Source: Eledone cirrhosa (Eukaryota). From it: a DNA stretch of 64,000 bases. Numbering within the stretch: the stretch's first letter is position 1; every line of letters begins with the position of its first letter. A program made the translations under genes and the position numbers. Under the pieces are notes generated by a model that worked only from the letters and a program-made list of their open reading frames with translations, had not been told where the DNA came from and searched no databases. The stretch covers positions 58,962,001 through 59,026,000 of the forward strand of contig OZ024744.1 in assembly GCA_964016885.1 (NCBI GenBank), given 5' to 3'. This document shows, piece by piece, positions 26,091 to 44,079 of this stretch.

Positions 26091-26128
26091 CACTGACGAT
26101 GTTGCAGATGTGCAACGAAAGATTTATG
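26091..26128 (+). ncRNA. Hammerhead ribozyme motif in PLE pseudo-LTR (plus copy)
   Basis: ca-CTGACGA-t-GTTGCA-gatg-TGCAAC-GAAA-gatt-TA-tg: perfect 6-bp stem II, short stems I and III. Confidence 0.72.
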
Positions 26129-26237
26129 TAAACTATATATATATGTGTTTGTCTATATTGTATCTGTATTATTTTTGACCGCCGGTCAGTCAATGGCAAC
26201 ATTGAGGACCGAGTAAGTTAGATCGCAGATATATATA

Positions 26238-26279
26238 TATAAAAGACAGCGAGAAGCGAAAACCAACCAAACAGTGAGT
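26238..26279 (+). promoter_or_regulatory. Candidate PLE pseudo-LTR promoter (TATA box plus Inr-like/splice-donor-like site; mirrored at about 21720-21761)
   Basis: TATAAAAG at 26238, ACAGTGAGT about 33 nt downstream, then ATG at 26316. Confidence 0.4.
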
Positions 26280-26341
26280 GTGTTCTGTTATTAATTCTGG
26301 CAATATTACGCAAATATGACCCTCCCCAAATATAACAATAT

Positions 26342-27270
26342 ATATATATGTATATATATATATGATTATGTATATATGTGTATATATATATATATATGTA
26401 TATATGTATATATATATATATATATGTATATGTATATATATATGTATATATATATATATATATGTATATGTATATATATATATATGTATATATATGTATA
26501 TATATGTATATATGTATATATATATGTATATGTATATATATGTATATGTATATATATATATGTATATATATGTATATGTATATATATATATGTATATATA
26601 TGTATATGTATATATATATATGTATATATATGTATATATGTATATATGTATATGTATATATATATATGTATTTATATATATGTATATATATATATTTATA
26701 TATATGTATATATATATATGTATATATATATATTTATATATATGTATATATATTTATATATATGTATATATATATATGTATATATATTTATATATATGTA
26801 TATATATATATGTATATATATGTATATATATATATATATGTTTATATATATGTATATATATATATGTATATATATATGTATATACATATATGTATATATA
26901 TATATTTATATATATGTATATATATATATGTATATATATATATGTATATATATATATGTATATATATGTATATATATGTATATATATGTATATATATATA
27001 TATGTATATATATGTATATATATATATATGTATATATATATATTTATATATATGTATATATATATATGTATAGATATGTATATATATATATTTATATATA
27101 TGTATATATATATATGTATATATATATATATGTGTATATATATATGTATATATATATATGTATATATATATATGTATATATATATATGTATATATATATA
27201 TGTATATATATATATGTATATATATATATGTATATATATATATGTATATATATATATGTATATATATATG

Positions 27271-27301
<31 letters not shown>

Positions 27302-27400
27302 GTATATATATATATGTATATATATATATATGTATATATATATGTATATATATATATATGTATATATATATGTATATATATATATATGTATATATATATG

Positions 27401-27471
<71 letters not shown>

Positions 27472-27530
27472 GTGTATATATATATGTATATATATATGTA
27501 TATATATGTATATATATATGTATATATATG
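26342..27530. repeat. (TA)n/(TATATG)n simple satellite
   Basis: Direct reading. Confidence 0.97.
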
Positions 27531-27728
27531 TAGATAAATCTACCAAGAGTTTACGGTAGTTTCCAATCCGTATGAAGAACTCAATATAATCCGGATATCA
27601 TGGAAAGAAGAGATGCATTCAGAAATCACTTTCGGTGAAAGATAAACGGAATACAGAGTCAAGATAAAATGTTAAAAAAATAATGAATAAAACAATGAAA
27701 CAGTTCCTTATATTAAACAAAAAAAGTT

Positions 27729-27877
27729 CACTATTTAACGATCGTTTCTAGGACATATATGTGTTAGAATTGGTATGCATATTCAACAGATCTATGTACA
27801 AAATTATACAAAATTATACAAATTATCAAATATAATATACATACCAACACATACATATGCTGTCTTCAGAAATAATG
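27729..27877 (-). ncRNA. Hammerhead-like motif with greatly extended stem II (minus arm)
   Basis: Reverse complement of 30340-30542 without the SINE insert. Confidence 0.6.
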
Positions 27878-28599
27878 AAATATATTTATTGATAATAACA
27901 ACAATTCAAAATTACAGGTCTGTTTGGGAACAGAGTTCAAATTGACCAATGAAATACACAAAATATATCAATAAAATACAGTTAGGTGTGTGTATATATG
28001 TAAGTAACTTCGTTCACAGATATGCATAAAAATATATGTTCACATGCATACGCATGTCGAAAAAATGTATGTAAATACAAAAAATTCAGGGCTAATGTCT
28101 CTGTATGTTTATAATCTACAGATAAAATACACATACGCATATAAACATACATAGATTCATATATACACACATATATACACGCACATTCACACACACACGC
28201 GCATATACACATAAACATACACATACCCATGAACATACACACACACTCTCACACACACACACACACACATATATGTATATATTATTATTATAACTATATG
28301 GATATTTAGGCACACACATAAACACTGCTACATATATTTTTACATCCAAATGCAGAAGTGGGTAAGGGGTTCAGTAATAACTAAGGATGTCAGGGACACA
28401 CCTAAATGCCACCCACACTATACCCCAAAATACCAACAACTCCTCTAATATAAACTATAGTAACTCTCAAAAAACTACTCATCATACAACTCTAATAAAT
28501 GTTAACAATAAAACTCCTAATAAACATGATAAAACACCTAAATCAATAAATCTAACTAAAAATGTGCGTGGTGATGTCATTAACATTAATCCTCCTAGT

Positions 28600-29092
28600 A
28601 AACATCACGATACAACCTATAAAAATAATAAACAACATAGAAACCGGAATAGACGAGTTACTTGGTATAATGCTCCATTTAATTTACAAATTAAGGATAA
28701 TATTGCTAAAAAAATTTTTTATATCCTAGAGAAAAACTTCCCGCCAAACCACAAATACCATCAAATCTTAAATAGGTCAACAGTTAAATTCTCATACTCA
28801 ACAACCAAAAACATAAAACAATATAAGTGCCTATAATGCATATAAATGTAAAAAAAACCATAAGTATACCACCAATACATCAAACTAACCATAATATCTC
28901 CTCAAATACAGAATTAACGAAAGGTTGTAACTGTAGAAACAAAGCAAACTGCCCATTAAAAGGAAATTGTCTTGTTAACAACATAGTTTATAAATGTAAG
29001 GTTAAAACTAAAGACTCTATTTGCTCATATATAGGAGCTACTTCTAACAATTTTAAGGTAAGGTTTAATACCCACAAACATAGTTTTAAAAA
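28600..29092 (+). pseudogene. Frameshifted PLE C-terminal region with CxCx5Cx5C linker and GIY-YIG
   Basis: RRVTWYNAPFN...NFPPNHKYHQILNRSTVKFSYS and CNCRNKANCPLKGNCLVNNIVYKC...YIGATSNNFKVRFNTHKHSF. Confidence 0.85.
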
Positions 29093-29641
29093 CTGGCTAA
29101 TACAACATATATTCTATGTTCCTTGAAACCTATATTTACTTTTTCCCACAAATAATTTTAATCCCCCCCCCCTATAATTATTTATATTTGTAAGCGTGGA
29201 TGAATGTATGTGTATGTAAGTATGTATGTATGTTTGGGTGTTTATATGTGAGTATAAAAATACATATGTGCGCATGTAAATAAGTGTCTATGATTGTATA
29301 TATATATATGTATATATATATATATGTATGTATGTATGCATGTATATATATGTATATGTATATATATGTATGTGTATATATATGTCTATGTATGGGTATG
29401 TGTGTATGTATATATGTATGCGTGCGTGCGTATATGTGTATATATATTTGTAGGGATGTGTGTATGTGTATATATATATATGTGTGTGTGTACATATATG
29501 TGTATATATGTATGTGAGTTGTGAATATATGTATATATTTTTATATATATGTGTGTTTGTATGTGTGTCTATGTATTTATATATGTATGTGTATGTATAT
29601 TTATGTATGTATGTGTACGTGTACGTGTATATGTGTATGTG

Positions 29642-29682
<41 letters not shown>

Positions 29683-30339
29683 GTGTATGTGTATATATAT
29701 GTATATGTATATCGGTATGTATTTTATGTATGAGTATATTTTACTTGTTTATATATATATATATTTTTTTGATATATTTCTTTTTATTTCTAAATTTGTA
29801 GATACATTTTTAAATAGGCAGCTCCCTGACATCCTTAGTTATTACTGAACCCCTTACCCACTTCTGCATTTGGATGTAAAAATATATGTAGCAGTGTTTA
29901 TGTGTGTGCCTAAATATCCATATAGTTATAATAATAATATATACATATATGTGTGTGTGTGTGTGTGTGAGTGTGTGTGTGTATGTTCATGGGTATGTGT
30001 ATGTTTATGTGTATATGCGCGTGTGTGTGTGAATGTGCGTGTATATATGTGTGTATATATGAATCTATGTATGTTTATATGCGTATGTATTTTATCTGTA
30101 GATTATAAACATACAGAGACATTAGCCCTGAATTTTTTGTATTTACATACATTTTTTCGACATGCGTATGCATGTGAACATATATTTTTATGCATATCTG
30201 TGAACGAAGTTACTTACATATATACACACACCTAACTGTATTTTATTGATATATTTTGTGTATTTCATTGGTCAATTTGAACTCTGTTCCCAAACAGACC
30301 TGTAATTTTGAATTGTTGTTATTATCAATAAATATATTT

Positions 30340-30542
30340 CATTATTTCTGAAGACGGCATATGTATGTGTTGGTATGTATATTATATTTGATAATTTGTA
30401 TAATTTTGTATAATTTTGTACATAAGGGCGGTGCCCCAGCATGGCCTCAGCCGGATGGCTGAAACAGGTAAAAGAGTAGATCTGTTGAATATGCATACCA
30501 ATTCTAACACATATATGTCCTAGAAACGATCGTTAAATAGTG
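30340..30542 (+). ncRNA. Hammerhead-like motif with greatly extended stem II (plus arm)
   Basis: Stem I cattattt/aaatagtg; CTGAAGA; long imperfect stem II (catatgtatgtgttgg/ctaacacatatatg and ttggtatgtatatt/aatatgcataccaa); GAAAC-GATC-GTT with palindromic stem III. Confidence 0.62.
30425..30476 (+). mobile_element. 52-bp SINE 3'-end insertion present in one arm only
   Basis: ggcggtgccccagcatggcc...ctgaaacaggtaaaagag is absent from the left arm and flanked by a TA duplication. A similar tail occurs at about 43130-43175. Confidence 0.8.
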
Positions 30543-30606
30543 AACTTTTTTTGTTTAATATAAGGAACTGTTTCATTGTTTTATTCATTATTTTTTTAAC
30601 ATTTTA

Positions 30607-35130
<4,524 letters not shown>

Positions 35131-37185
35131 GATCATCATTTAATGTCTATCTTCCACGCTAGCATGGGTTAGACGGTTTTGTTCCATTTGATGTGGGATG
35201 GGTCGGTAGACCGTGTCTCGCTCGTATGGAAGTGTATTTGGCAGGTTTTCTATGGATTGATACCCTTCCTAACACCAACCACTTTTGCAGTGTGGACTGG
35301 GAGCCTTTTTACCGTGTTTCATACACGGCCACCTTACACTGGACGGAAATGAGAGGATGGGGTGGAGTGTATATTGGGTTAAGAGGTGCCTACTGACTGT
35401 AGGTTTGTATGCAAGGGAAGGCGGGTTTTCTGTACAACTGCATGGTGTTTTATATATATAATGTATGTATTAGTGTCATCTTTAAGCAGTGTACTGAAAA
35501 TGTCTTATTGTTGGCTAAATGCCTATAAATAAGGTACAATTTGCTCTGATGAAAAACACTGCCTCTGATTTGTAAATAATTTTGAAAATAATCAAGAATT
35601 TGAAAAGGATTTAGTAATGCAAAATAACGTTCTCATTATTAAGCTTGTGTTTAGAATGAAACCTAACAAAAAAGTTCTTGCAGAGAATTTTGATAGAAAT
35701 ATACTCATTTTAATATAAATAACTTATAGAATTAAGGGCGTAATGCTGCAAAAATGGTTATATGAGATCCATCACCTTTGAAATGGTTCTTTTATTTGTT
35801 TATATATAATATTTATTTATTATATCATTACTATTTTATGTCCGCTTTTCCCTGCTTGCAAAGGACGGGTCCTCTTCAGCACATCATCTCTCCATTTGTC
35901 ATGGCCCCTCGTCATTTCTGAGCTTTAGTAACCCGAGATCAGCGCTCACCACCTCTGCCCATATATGAAGCCAAGCTTATTTACAAGTTTTATAAATTCC
36001 TTGAATTAGCTAGCAATCCTTTAAAAATAAATGCAGTTTGAAATAACTTTTAGTGCATTTGATGAATGTTTACAACTTGGCCAGCTTGCATTTTTAATAA
36101 GAATTGGGTGATTTCAAGAATATATTACACACAAAAAAAAAAAATCCCGTTTCCTTTCTTGCAGAAGAAATTGGTACATTATTTGAATAGGAGTAATGGG
36201 CTGTTTTTTTTTTATTATTGAAAGGTTATATATAAAAAATTATTATAAATGCATATAGTTGGTTTGACCTTTTGTAGAAAAGTTTTCAAACAAAATTTTT
36301 TATATTTCTCACCAACATCTTTTGATAGGAGAACAAGGAACTTTTGAAGATAAAACTTAAGACCTTTCTCTAATCACATTTGATCTACTTTCTCTAGTGT
36401 CAAACTTCAGTATTGCTGTTGGGGCTCATTTATTATTATTATTTGAATTGTGACATTGCTTTATTTTACTTAATTTCTTTTTCTCATTTTGTGGAACTTA
36501 AATTTACTAATATATATTTTTATTTTCTTTTTCTTTTATCACTTGTGTGTTTCTAATATTTCATCTGTATTTTAACACAAATTAGGTGACAAATTGGCAG
36601 TTGTTTGAGCATTGAATTAAATGCCTCTATTTTTTTAGCGACTCACTTCACTCTGTGTTTATATCAACTTTGTATTTCATCCTTTAAAGGTCGTAGGCTG
36701 GTGGAATTGTTGTTGGTTGAATAAGTTGTTGACTCAGTTCATTTAGTTGTAAACTGGTACCGTTTGATAGTGCAGTCTACGTTTCATTAGGTTATACCAG
36801 TTCATGTTAAATATTAAATTAAACTAGGTGAGACAACTTTGCAAGATTGTGATTATTATTTCACTGACCTGGGATTGTTTTTGCTTTGAGATCATATTCA
36901 TAAATCATATATACCCCCCCACCCCCCACCCCCCTGTTAGCAATGATTAGGTGTAACTTTCTGAGGTAGAATACTACAGCTAGCTCTGTTTCTGATGTCA
37001 AACCATGTTTGTTTAATCAAGCACAGATCTTCAACCATCTTACCATCCAGCCTCTGTTAATGTGGAGTATTAACTAAATATCACTGGCTGTGATGTTGAA
37101 TGCAAGATGAGACATACAAGCACATTGTTGGTTTAACTTTGGAATAAACAGTTGCCATTTATAACAATCATTTTATGTATGTATA

Positions 37186-37220
<35 letters not shown>

Positions 37221-37782
37221 TTGCCTGATAAAATATCTATATGTGTCATTTAGCGGTGCGCACATATGAATATTTTTTCATATCCAATTGAGTTCTTAGC
37301 ACGTGGCTTGAATTCTTGTCAGAGTTCAACGACCTGTGCATGTATTGTTTTTGGCGGTAGCCTCCTTCCTCCCATTTTTGGGACTTTGTGAGATTTTCTT
37401 TAGAACTGCTGGACTAACAACCTAGCAGCTCCCTCAAACACTGATGGTGATTATCACTAAATATTGATGTTGATTTGGTTATCAATATTAATATTATTGG
37501 GTTACCCACTGAAGATTTATAAGAGCCCACTTGAATAAGTATCTGTTGATCTTATACAAGCTTCTACATAACTTGGTATATTTTCACCCAACTTGTAGAA
37601 ATCTTATGAAATGAGTCGTTTGGGAAATGATATATCTCATATGAAATAATACAGCCATTATCCACAATACAATATAGTTAGCACCCAAACGTTTAATTGG
37701 GAATATACTCAGGTATTTCCTAATGTTTGTTGAGTGAGTTGGAATTTGGCTGGAGTATCGCTATTAGCTTTCTCCGATTATG

Positions 37783-37836
<54 letters not shown>

Positions 37837-38899
37837 CTTGACAAGTGTTTGTTTATATATGTATCATCATTTTTACTGTTGAACGGGACATTTAGATATC
37901 CTTCCTGACACCAACCCTTTTAGTAGCTTCTTATGACATACAGGGTTACTTTGTGCATATTCTATGTATGTGTGCCAATATCTACCATCTTTTTATTACA
38001 GTATTTCTAATGAATGTCTGATTTTGGAAATACTAAATTTATAAGGATTTAGTAATATGACTTGCTCATCATTATGTAGGTGTTTGGAACAACTTCAAGG
38101 TTTTTACATAAAATAACAACGGAAGATATTTAGTAACTTTGTCTTGTAGAAGCAAGGACAGTTTTGGTCAGTTTGGATAGCAGTGGTCCCCCACCCCCGG
38201 GTTTTTTTATTCTGTTATACTCTACTTAACTTGGAAGGCATCTGGTATAATTGTTAGGGTGTTTCTCATGAGAACATCTTTGTGTTTGATTCCTTGACTG
38301 AGTGGCATGTTGTGTTCTTGAACTTAAGAGAAATAAATACTTTATTTCATGTTGCTCCTGTGAGTGAATACCAGCAGCAGCCAGATGATTAGCTCTGCAA
38401 TTGACTGGCATTCTCTACAGGGAGGTGCCTGGTACCCAATTACTTATTACCAATCGAGCTCCAACTTGATGAATCTGGGCAAACTTAAACTTCCAGAATA
38501 TTAATTTTATCTTTTTTAGAATAGTTTTTTTTTACCTTTTTTGTTATGGTTATTGTTGTGGTCAATTCAGGTCATGGACTGATTCACTGAATATTATACA
38601 GCATTTAGTTTACAGTTGCAATCTTGTCATTAGATTAAATGTTTATATATATATATATGTATATATGTTTGCTTAATGCATTGTGGAATATGAAACTGTT
38701 TCGAAAGCTATGCATTGCAATTCTCTTCTTATATTATATCTTGGCAATATAACCCACTTGCTTTGCATGGCTTTCTAAACAAACAAACAGAATTTTCAGT
38801 GTCACATATATGTGTGTATGTATCTCATGATTGTATACACATCTACCCTAATTTTGTAGTGATTATAGTATGTAAATATGCCATGAGGAGAGGTAAGTG

Positions 38900-38930
38900 C
38901 TGACATTTCGATTTGAGCCCTTCTTCAGAG
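38900..38930 (-). ncRNA. Degenerate minimal hammerhead motif
   Basis: Minus strand ct-CTGAAGA-agggctcaaatc-GAAA-t-GTC-ag. Confidence 0.5.
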
Positions 38931-39159
38931 AGATAGGCGGGATAAAAAATTGAAGTGTCTATATAGAATAGCACTGCAGAAACCTTAATTATGAGCGTTA
39001 TGTCGTTTTACGGTGTATCCTGATCCTTACCGTGTAATATCCCAGTTTTTCGAATAGATACTTTATATCAGTGGCCTTAAACTCAAGGACTCAAAATGCC
39101 AGAAGTAGGATGAGGTGGGGTGTGACTTCCACCAACAGCTCATAGGCTGTTATTATTCT

Positions 39160-39345
39160 TGGATTGGCAGTATCGGTAGAGGATCTGATGCCATGCTTTG
39201 CAGCACAGTTACGGCCCTTTATGTTCAGAGTTCAAATCTCGCCAAGGTTAACTTTGCCTTTCATCCTTACAGGGTCGATAAAATAAAGTACCATTAATAC
39301 ACTGGGATGATTACTGGCCTTGTGCCAAAAGTAGAAACAATTATT
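39160..39345 (+). mobile_element. Meta-type tRNA SINE (further copies near 16215, 42220 and 60440)
   Basis: tggattggcagtatcggtag; gagttcaaatc; gcctttcatccttacagggtcgataaaataaagtacc. Confidence 0.85.
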
Positions 39346-39639
39346 CTTTTTATACATATAAGTGGTATATGTGATTTAATACAAAATGTAAGGGGTCAAA
39401 TTTTTCTTTGTACAGTTGCAGTTTGCATGTTTCATATCCTTTTATGCGATAAAGGGCGACTAAAAGGGTTGGCATCAAGAAAAGGATAAATGGCTGTAAA
39501 ATATGATCTCAAAACATGTACAACCCATACCACCATGAAAAAGTTAATGTAGATGACGATACACATACCAGGGTTAATTATGGTAGTTTCTGATCCTTGT
39601 TCAGTCATGAGATGAACAGGTAAAGCCACACATTATAAT

Positions 39640-39897
39640 CCAAGTTGAAATGGGCATGATATTTGGGGCTAGAGCAACCTTTGTGTGGGGACCATTTCCT
39701 TGAGCATCTCACTTATTGTTGCTGTTGCTCATTTAGAATTAGTGGCAGAAACATCTGGCACCCTGAATCCCCAAATTGCCTCCCTGCTTAATGCAATTGG
39801 GATGAATGAGTTCTGTGACTTGCAACCGTGTTTTTCAGCTCTCTATGGTAATGCATTTACAATTTTATCTGCTGCTATTGAGGTAAAATCAATATGA
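39640..39897 (+). pseudogene. Degenerate CRE-like (restriction-like endonuclease) non-LTR 3' fragment
   Basis: AETSGTLNPQIASLLNAIG...LYGNAFTILSA aligns by eye with 53974-54150. Confidence 0.55.
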
Positions 39898-40872
39898 GGT
39901 TTTGTACTTCAGAGAGACAGAACAGATGAAAGAAGAATAATGATAATTTCTTTATTGGCCATAATCAACAGCATCTAGGTTTTGTATGATCTCTCCCACA
40001 CCTCTCTTTAACTGTCTGTAGGCATGGTTGAATGGTTTGCTTTGTAATCATTACTTCCCTTGGTCAATCCCATTGATTGACATCTTAGGCAAGTGTCATG
40101 GATGGGACCCATAATTCAAAGGTCTAATCTTATCACACAGTTTCACACTGAATCTCCCTAAGAATTAAGGGTACATATATCTGGATTATTCAACTTACTA
40201 CTGGCATTTGAAACGTAACTTAACCAAAGGTTCTTACGGAAGGGGGTTTTTTTTTTCATAAACAATTTCACTATTTTGTTACCATATTTTTTAGGTTTCC
40301 AAAAGGATTAAGTGGCAGTAGACTTTTTTTTTTCATAAGATGAATTTTGTTTGTGATGTGTGGGGATGAAGGGTTGGTTTAATGTTCCACGCTATAAATA
40401 ATTATGGAATGTACTGGTTACTTTATTTCAGCTGGGAATTTGCTTGTTAAAAAGTTCAAAAAATCATTTCTAAATGTCTTCCTAAAATCATTAACATTAC
40501 ACTTGCTTTTTTTTTTACCATCACCTCCACCTTATTTGTGGTGCCTTTCCCTCATAATTTTTAATCATTTAAAACTGTCTTTTGTGAACTCACTGGCTTC
40601 TTATTTTGATTTCTTTTCAAAATTTCCAGTATCTGCTGCTTCAATTGACAGGCAATCTGCATTTCATGTAAATATTTAAAAAAGAATCATTTAACATTAC
40701 TAACAGTGGAATGTTGCCAAATACATGACATTTAAAAAATTTCATTTAATTATTTCCATTTCAGTTTTTAAAACAAAAAAATTCTCATGTCACATGTTTA
40801 TTTTATTTATTTATTTTAAATTTGTTTTCTCATCTTTTCACTGATATTTATAGATGGTATTTTGTTTTTAAA

Positions 40873-41009
40873 CTCTTAACATCCTGCAATGATTTAACAG
40901 AAAATATCTAAAAATAAAGTTATTAATTAACATTTTTAATGCAACAGTGCAGTTTACTTTTCAAGAATGTCTTGCTAATGTGGTTTCATGTGGTACAGGA
41001 CGTTAAGAG
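40873..41009. mobile_element. TTAA-flanked MITE (family B; relatives at about 16355-16550 and 17060-17272)
   Basis: Terminal inverted repeats CTCTTAACATCCTG / CAGGACGTTAAGAG followed by TTAA. Confidence 0.75.
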
Positions 41010-43236
41010 TTAACCTGACACATTTTCTGGGAGTAGAGTTTATCTTTTGAGTGAGATGAGATTGCTGTTTCTCTTTCTCTCCCAGTCTGAGAGCAAATAT
41101 AAATAATTATGAACAATTGAAAATTGGATCAGGCACTTTTGTATTACTTAGAACCTTACATAATGGATAATCAATACTCTTGATAATATAACCAGAACTG
41201 AGCTCCTAAAATTTATGAATTAAGTCTTTTATTACCACAAAAAGACTGCTTGTGATTTTAAAATAATTTTGAAACTAATCAAGGATTAAGTAATAAAACT
41301 AATTTCTTCATTATTTATTTAATGTTTGAAACTTAACTTATAAAGGTTCTTTATAAGTTTTTAGATAAATATAAACACTAAAACAGTTTTGTATCTTAGA
41401 ATGAGGAATGGTTTAGTATAAATAATTTACTTTATTTTGATAGCTATGAGTTTAAGGGAAATTTAACTGTTTCTATGAGCAGATTTTACTCTGGTCTTTA
41501 TTTTATACGCAGTTGGAAATTGTTGAAAGTGGGTTTAGCTTTTTTGAAGAAGTTATGGTTAAAAAAAAGCTCCACTTGCTAATAGGAATCCTTTTTTGTG
41601 TAAGGTTTAGGATAGTGATCATGTACTCTCTCTGTGTGAAGGTATATGACTTGAGGGTTAGGGTGTTTGGTTAACAATCATATGGTTGTGAATTTCATTC
41701 CCAACAGTGTGTTGTGTGCTTGAGCAAAACACTATTTCATGTTGTTTTCAGTTCAGATGAGTTGTACTTGTAATATTCAATGTACCAGTCTTATGCAGTC
41801 ATGCTGAATTTCCCTGAGGAATATGTTAACGGTTTGTATAATTCATAGGGCCAGTCATGTTGGATCTCCCTGAGAATTGTTAAAGGTACATGTTACTCTA
41901 GAATGCTCAAACCACTTGAACACTTGTTGGAATTAATAGGTCCAACATGCAACAACTATGCTTCTTTGGGTTGTGAAATGAGTAGAAAGAGCTAGCTCAT
42001 CCAAAATACAATGGTCCCAAATAACAGTAAATTTTACTGAATAGGTAATGAAACTCCATTCAATAAAGATTTTTTTTATTTTCAAATAAGGTTTCATTTT
42101 GAGTTTTCATATGTATCGAGTTTAATCCTTTCTTTTAACACCTGCACCACTCCTGGTTCTATGGTATAGAGCTGTTTTAAATATTTATATTTATCTAAAA
42201 ACCTATCATAATTTTAATAATGATTTCTGATTTAGGCACAAGGCCAATACATTTTGTGGGGAGAGAAAGTCAATTATATTGACCCCCATGGCTTGACTGA
42301 TGCTTTATTTTATCAATTTTGAAAGGGAGTAAAGAAAAGTTGACCTCGGCAGGATTTGAACCTGAAATAACTACTGCTAAGCATTTGTCCAATCCACCAA
42401 CTTAATCACGAGAAAGTTGAATTATTAGATTCTTGATTATTTTCAAAATCATTCAAAAATTATAAAAAGTGTCTTTCATTAGAAATATGGTATTGAAAGG
42501 GTTAATTGATTTGGTTTGGGTGAGATTGAAATAAACTTCACTGCCATAAAAACCTAAGAATATAGGAATGCTTACATATGCACACTTCACTTTGCCTTGC
42601 TCAAATCTCTGCTGAAAATGAATACATCGCATCACATCTAGGGAAGTCTTGTATTATTCTAAGTTAAAACCAGGATATGGTCAGGCCTGACAAGCTTCAA
42701 GACTCGGGTCTGACTTTAATCTTTAACTTTTCTTTTTACATCTGTACTGGACTATTTTGTTACTGTATTTGGTAATATATATTGTGAGAATAACAATCAA
42801 TAGAGAGAAATGTTTATACTAAGAGAAAAAAGTTGACACAATAGTGTGTGTATAATATACTATATTTTAAAGAAAGTACTCGAAATTTTGAATGTAGCTC
42901 ATGGAGTCCCAGGTTGTGAACCACTGCTCTATGTGGTTGTGATATAGCAACCAAATATCACTTAACTCACACTCTTGGCTGTTGTAGTCCTCTGTGTGGA
43001 ATTTGGTAGATGGAAACTGTAGAAGCTTGTCACATTACATGTATGTGTTTATCCATGTCTGTTCTGTAACTTAACGGTTTGGCAAAAAAAAAGTACTGGA
43101 GTGGATATGGTTGATTAAATCCTTTTAAAATGCCCCAGCATGGTCGCAGTCTATTGGTTGAAACTAGTAAAAGAGTACTTCTTATATTTCCCTTCTCTTT
43201 TTTTTTTATGTTTTTCTCTTTAAATTTTTTTGATAA

Positions 43237-43362
<126 letters not shown>

Positions 43363-43461
43363 CTGCTGCTACCTTCCTTTAGTAGCTTTGAATTATCGTT
43401 TTTTCATTTTCTTCCCCCCCTTCCCACTACTTGCATACCATGTATCAGAGCAATACAATTG

Positions 43462-43492
<31 letters not shown>

Positions 43493-43721
43493 CAAATATT
43501 TTTTTCTTCTTTTTTTTCTGAAAAGGAAAATCAATGTATCTAGTGGACACTTTTAGATTCCTTTCCTCATTTATTTTTACCTCTCTGAATTCTGTAAATT
43601 ATTTATATATTTCCTTATCACTATTCCTCATTCCCTTTTTCTTATATAAAGACAGTGATAGTGAAATATATATGTGGCAAGAGAGAGAAGGAATGGGAAT
43701 TAGATACAAAAATATTTACTC

Positions 43722-43813
<92 letters not shown>

Positions 43814-43922
43814 TACAATTTTTTTTCTTTTGCACATTATGTTTAAAATGTGTTACATTATTACAAATGGGAGTTTTTGGGAAAATTAGATGATGAATTT
43901 TCATCAATTATTTGGACTGTAT

Positions 43923-43953
<31 letters not shown>

Positions 43954-43954
<1 letters not shown>

Positions 43955-44048
43955 GTGTCCCCAAAAATGTATACAGACTTCAACAGCATTGTAATAAATA
44001 CTGTCTGTACAGGTAATCAATGTGTATACATTTTTGGGGGACACCCTG
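43954..44048. mobile_element. Tc1/mariner-type MITE in (TA)n, within the probable PRPS 3' UTR
   Basis: Terminal inverted repeats gtgtccccaaaaatgtataca / tgtatacatttttgggggacaccctg, TA flanks. Confidence 0.8.

Positions 44049-44079
<31 letters not shown>

Larger units (their letters stand above)
21600..26341 (-). mobile_element. Penelope-like retroelement (C-terminal GIY-YIG) with an inverted 3'-end/pseudo-LTR duplication at its 5' side
   Basis: Minus-strand RT-GIY-YIG ORF. 25206-26341 is the near-perfect reverse complement of 21658-22793. Each arm carries a hammerhead motif. Flanked by (TA)n on both sides. Confidence 0.95.
27531..30606 (+). mobile_element. Second, unrelated Penelope-like element with inverted arms (27665-28396 vs 29823-30606)
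   Basis: The arms are reverse complements. The centre encodes PLE linker/GIY-YIG remnants. Each arm has a hammerhead core. (TA)n flanks. Confidence 0.88.
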
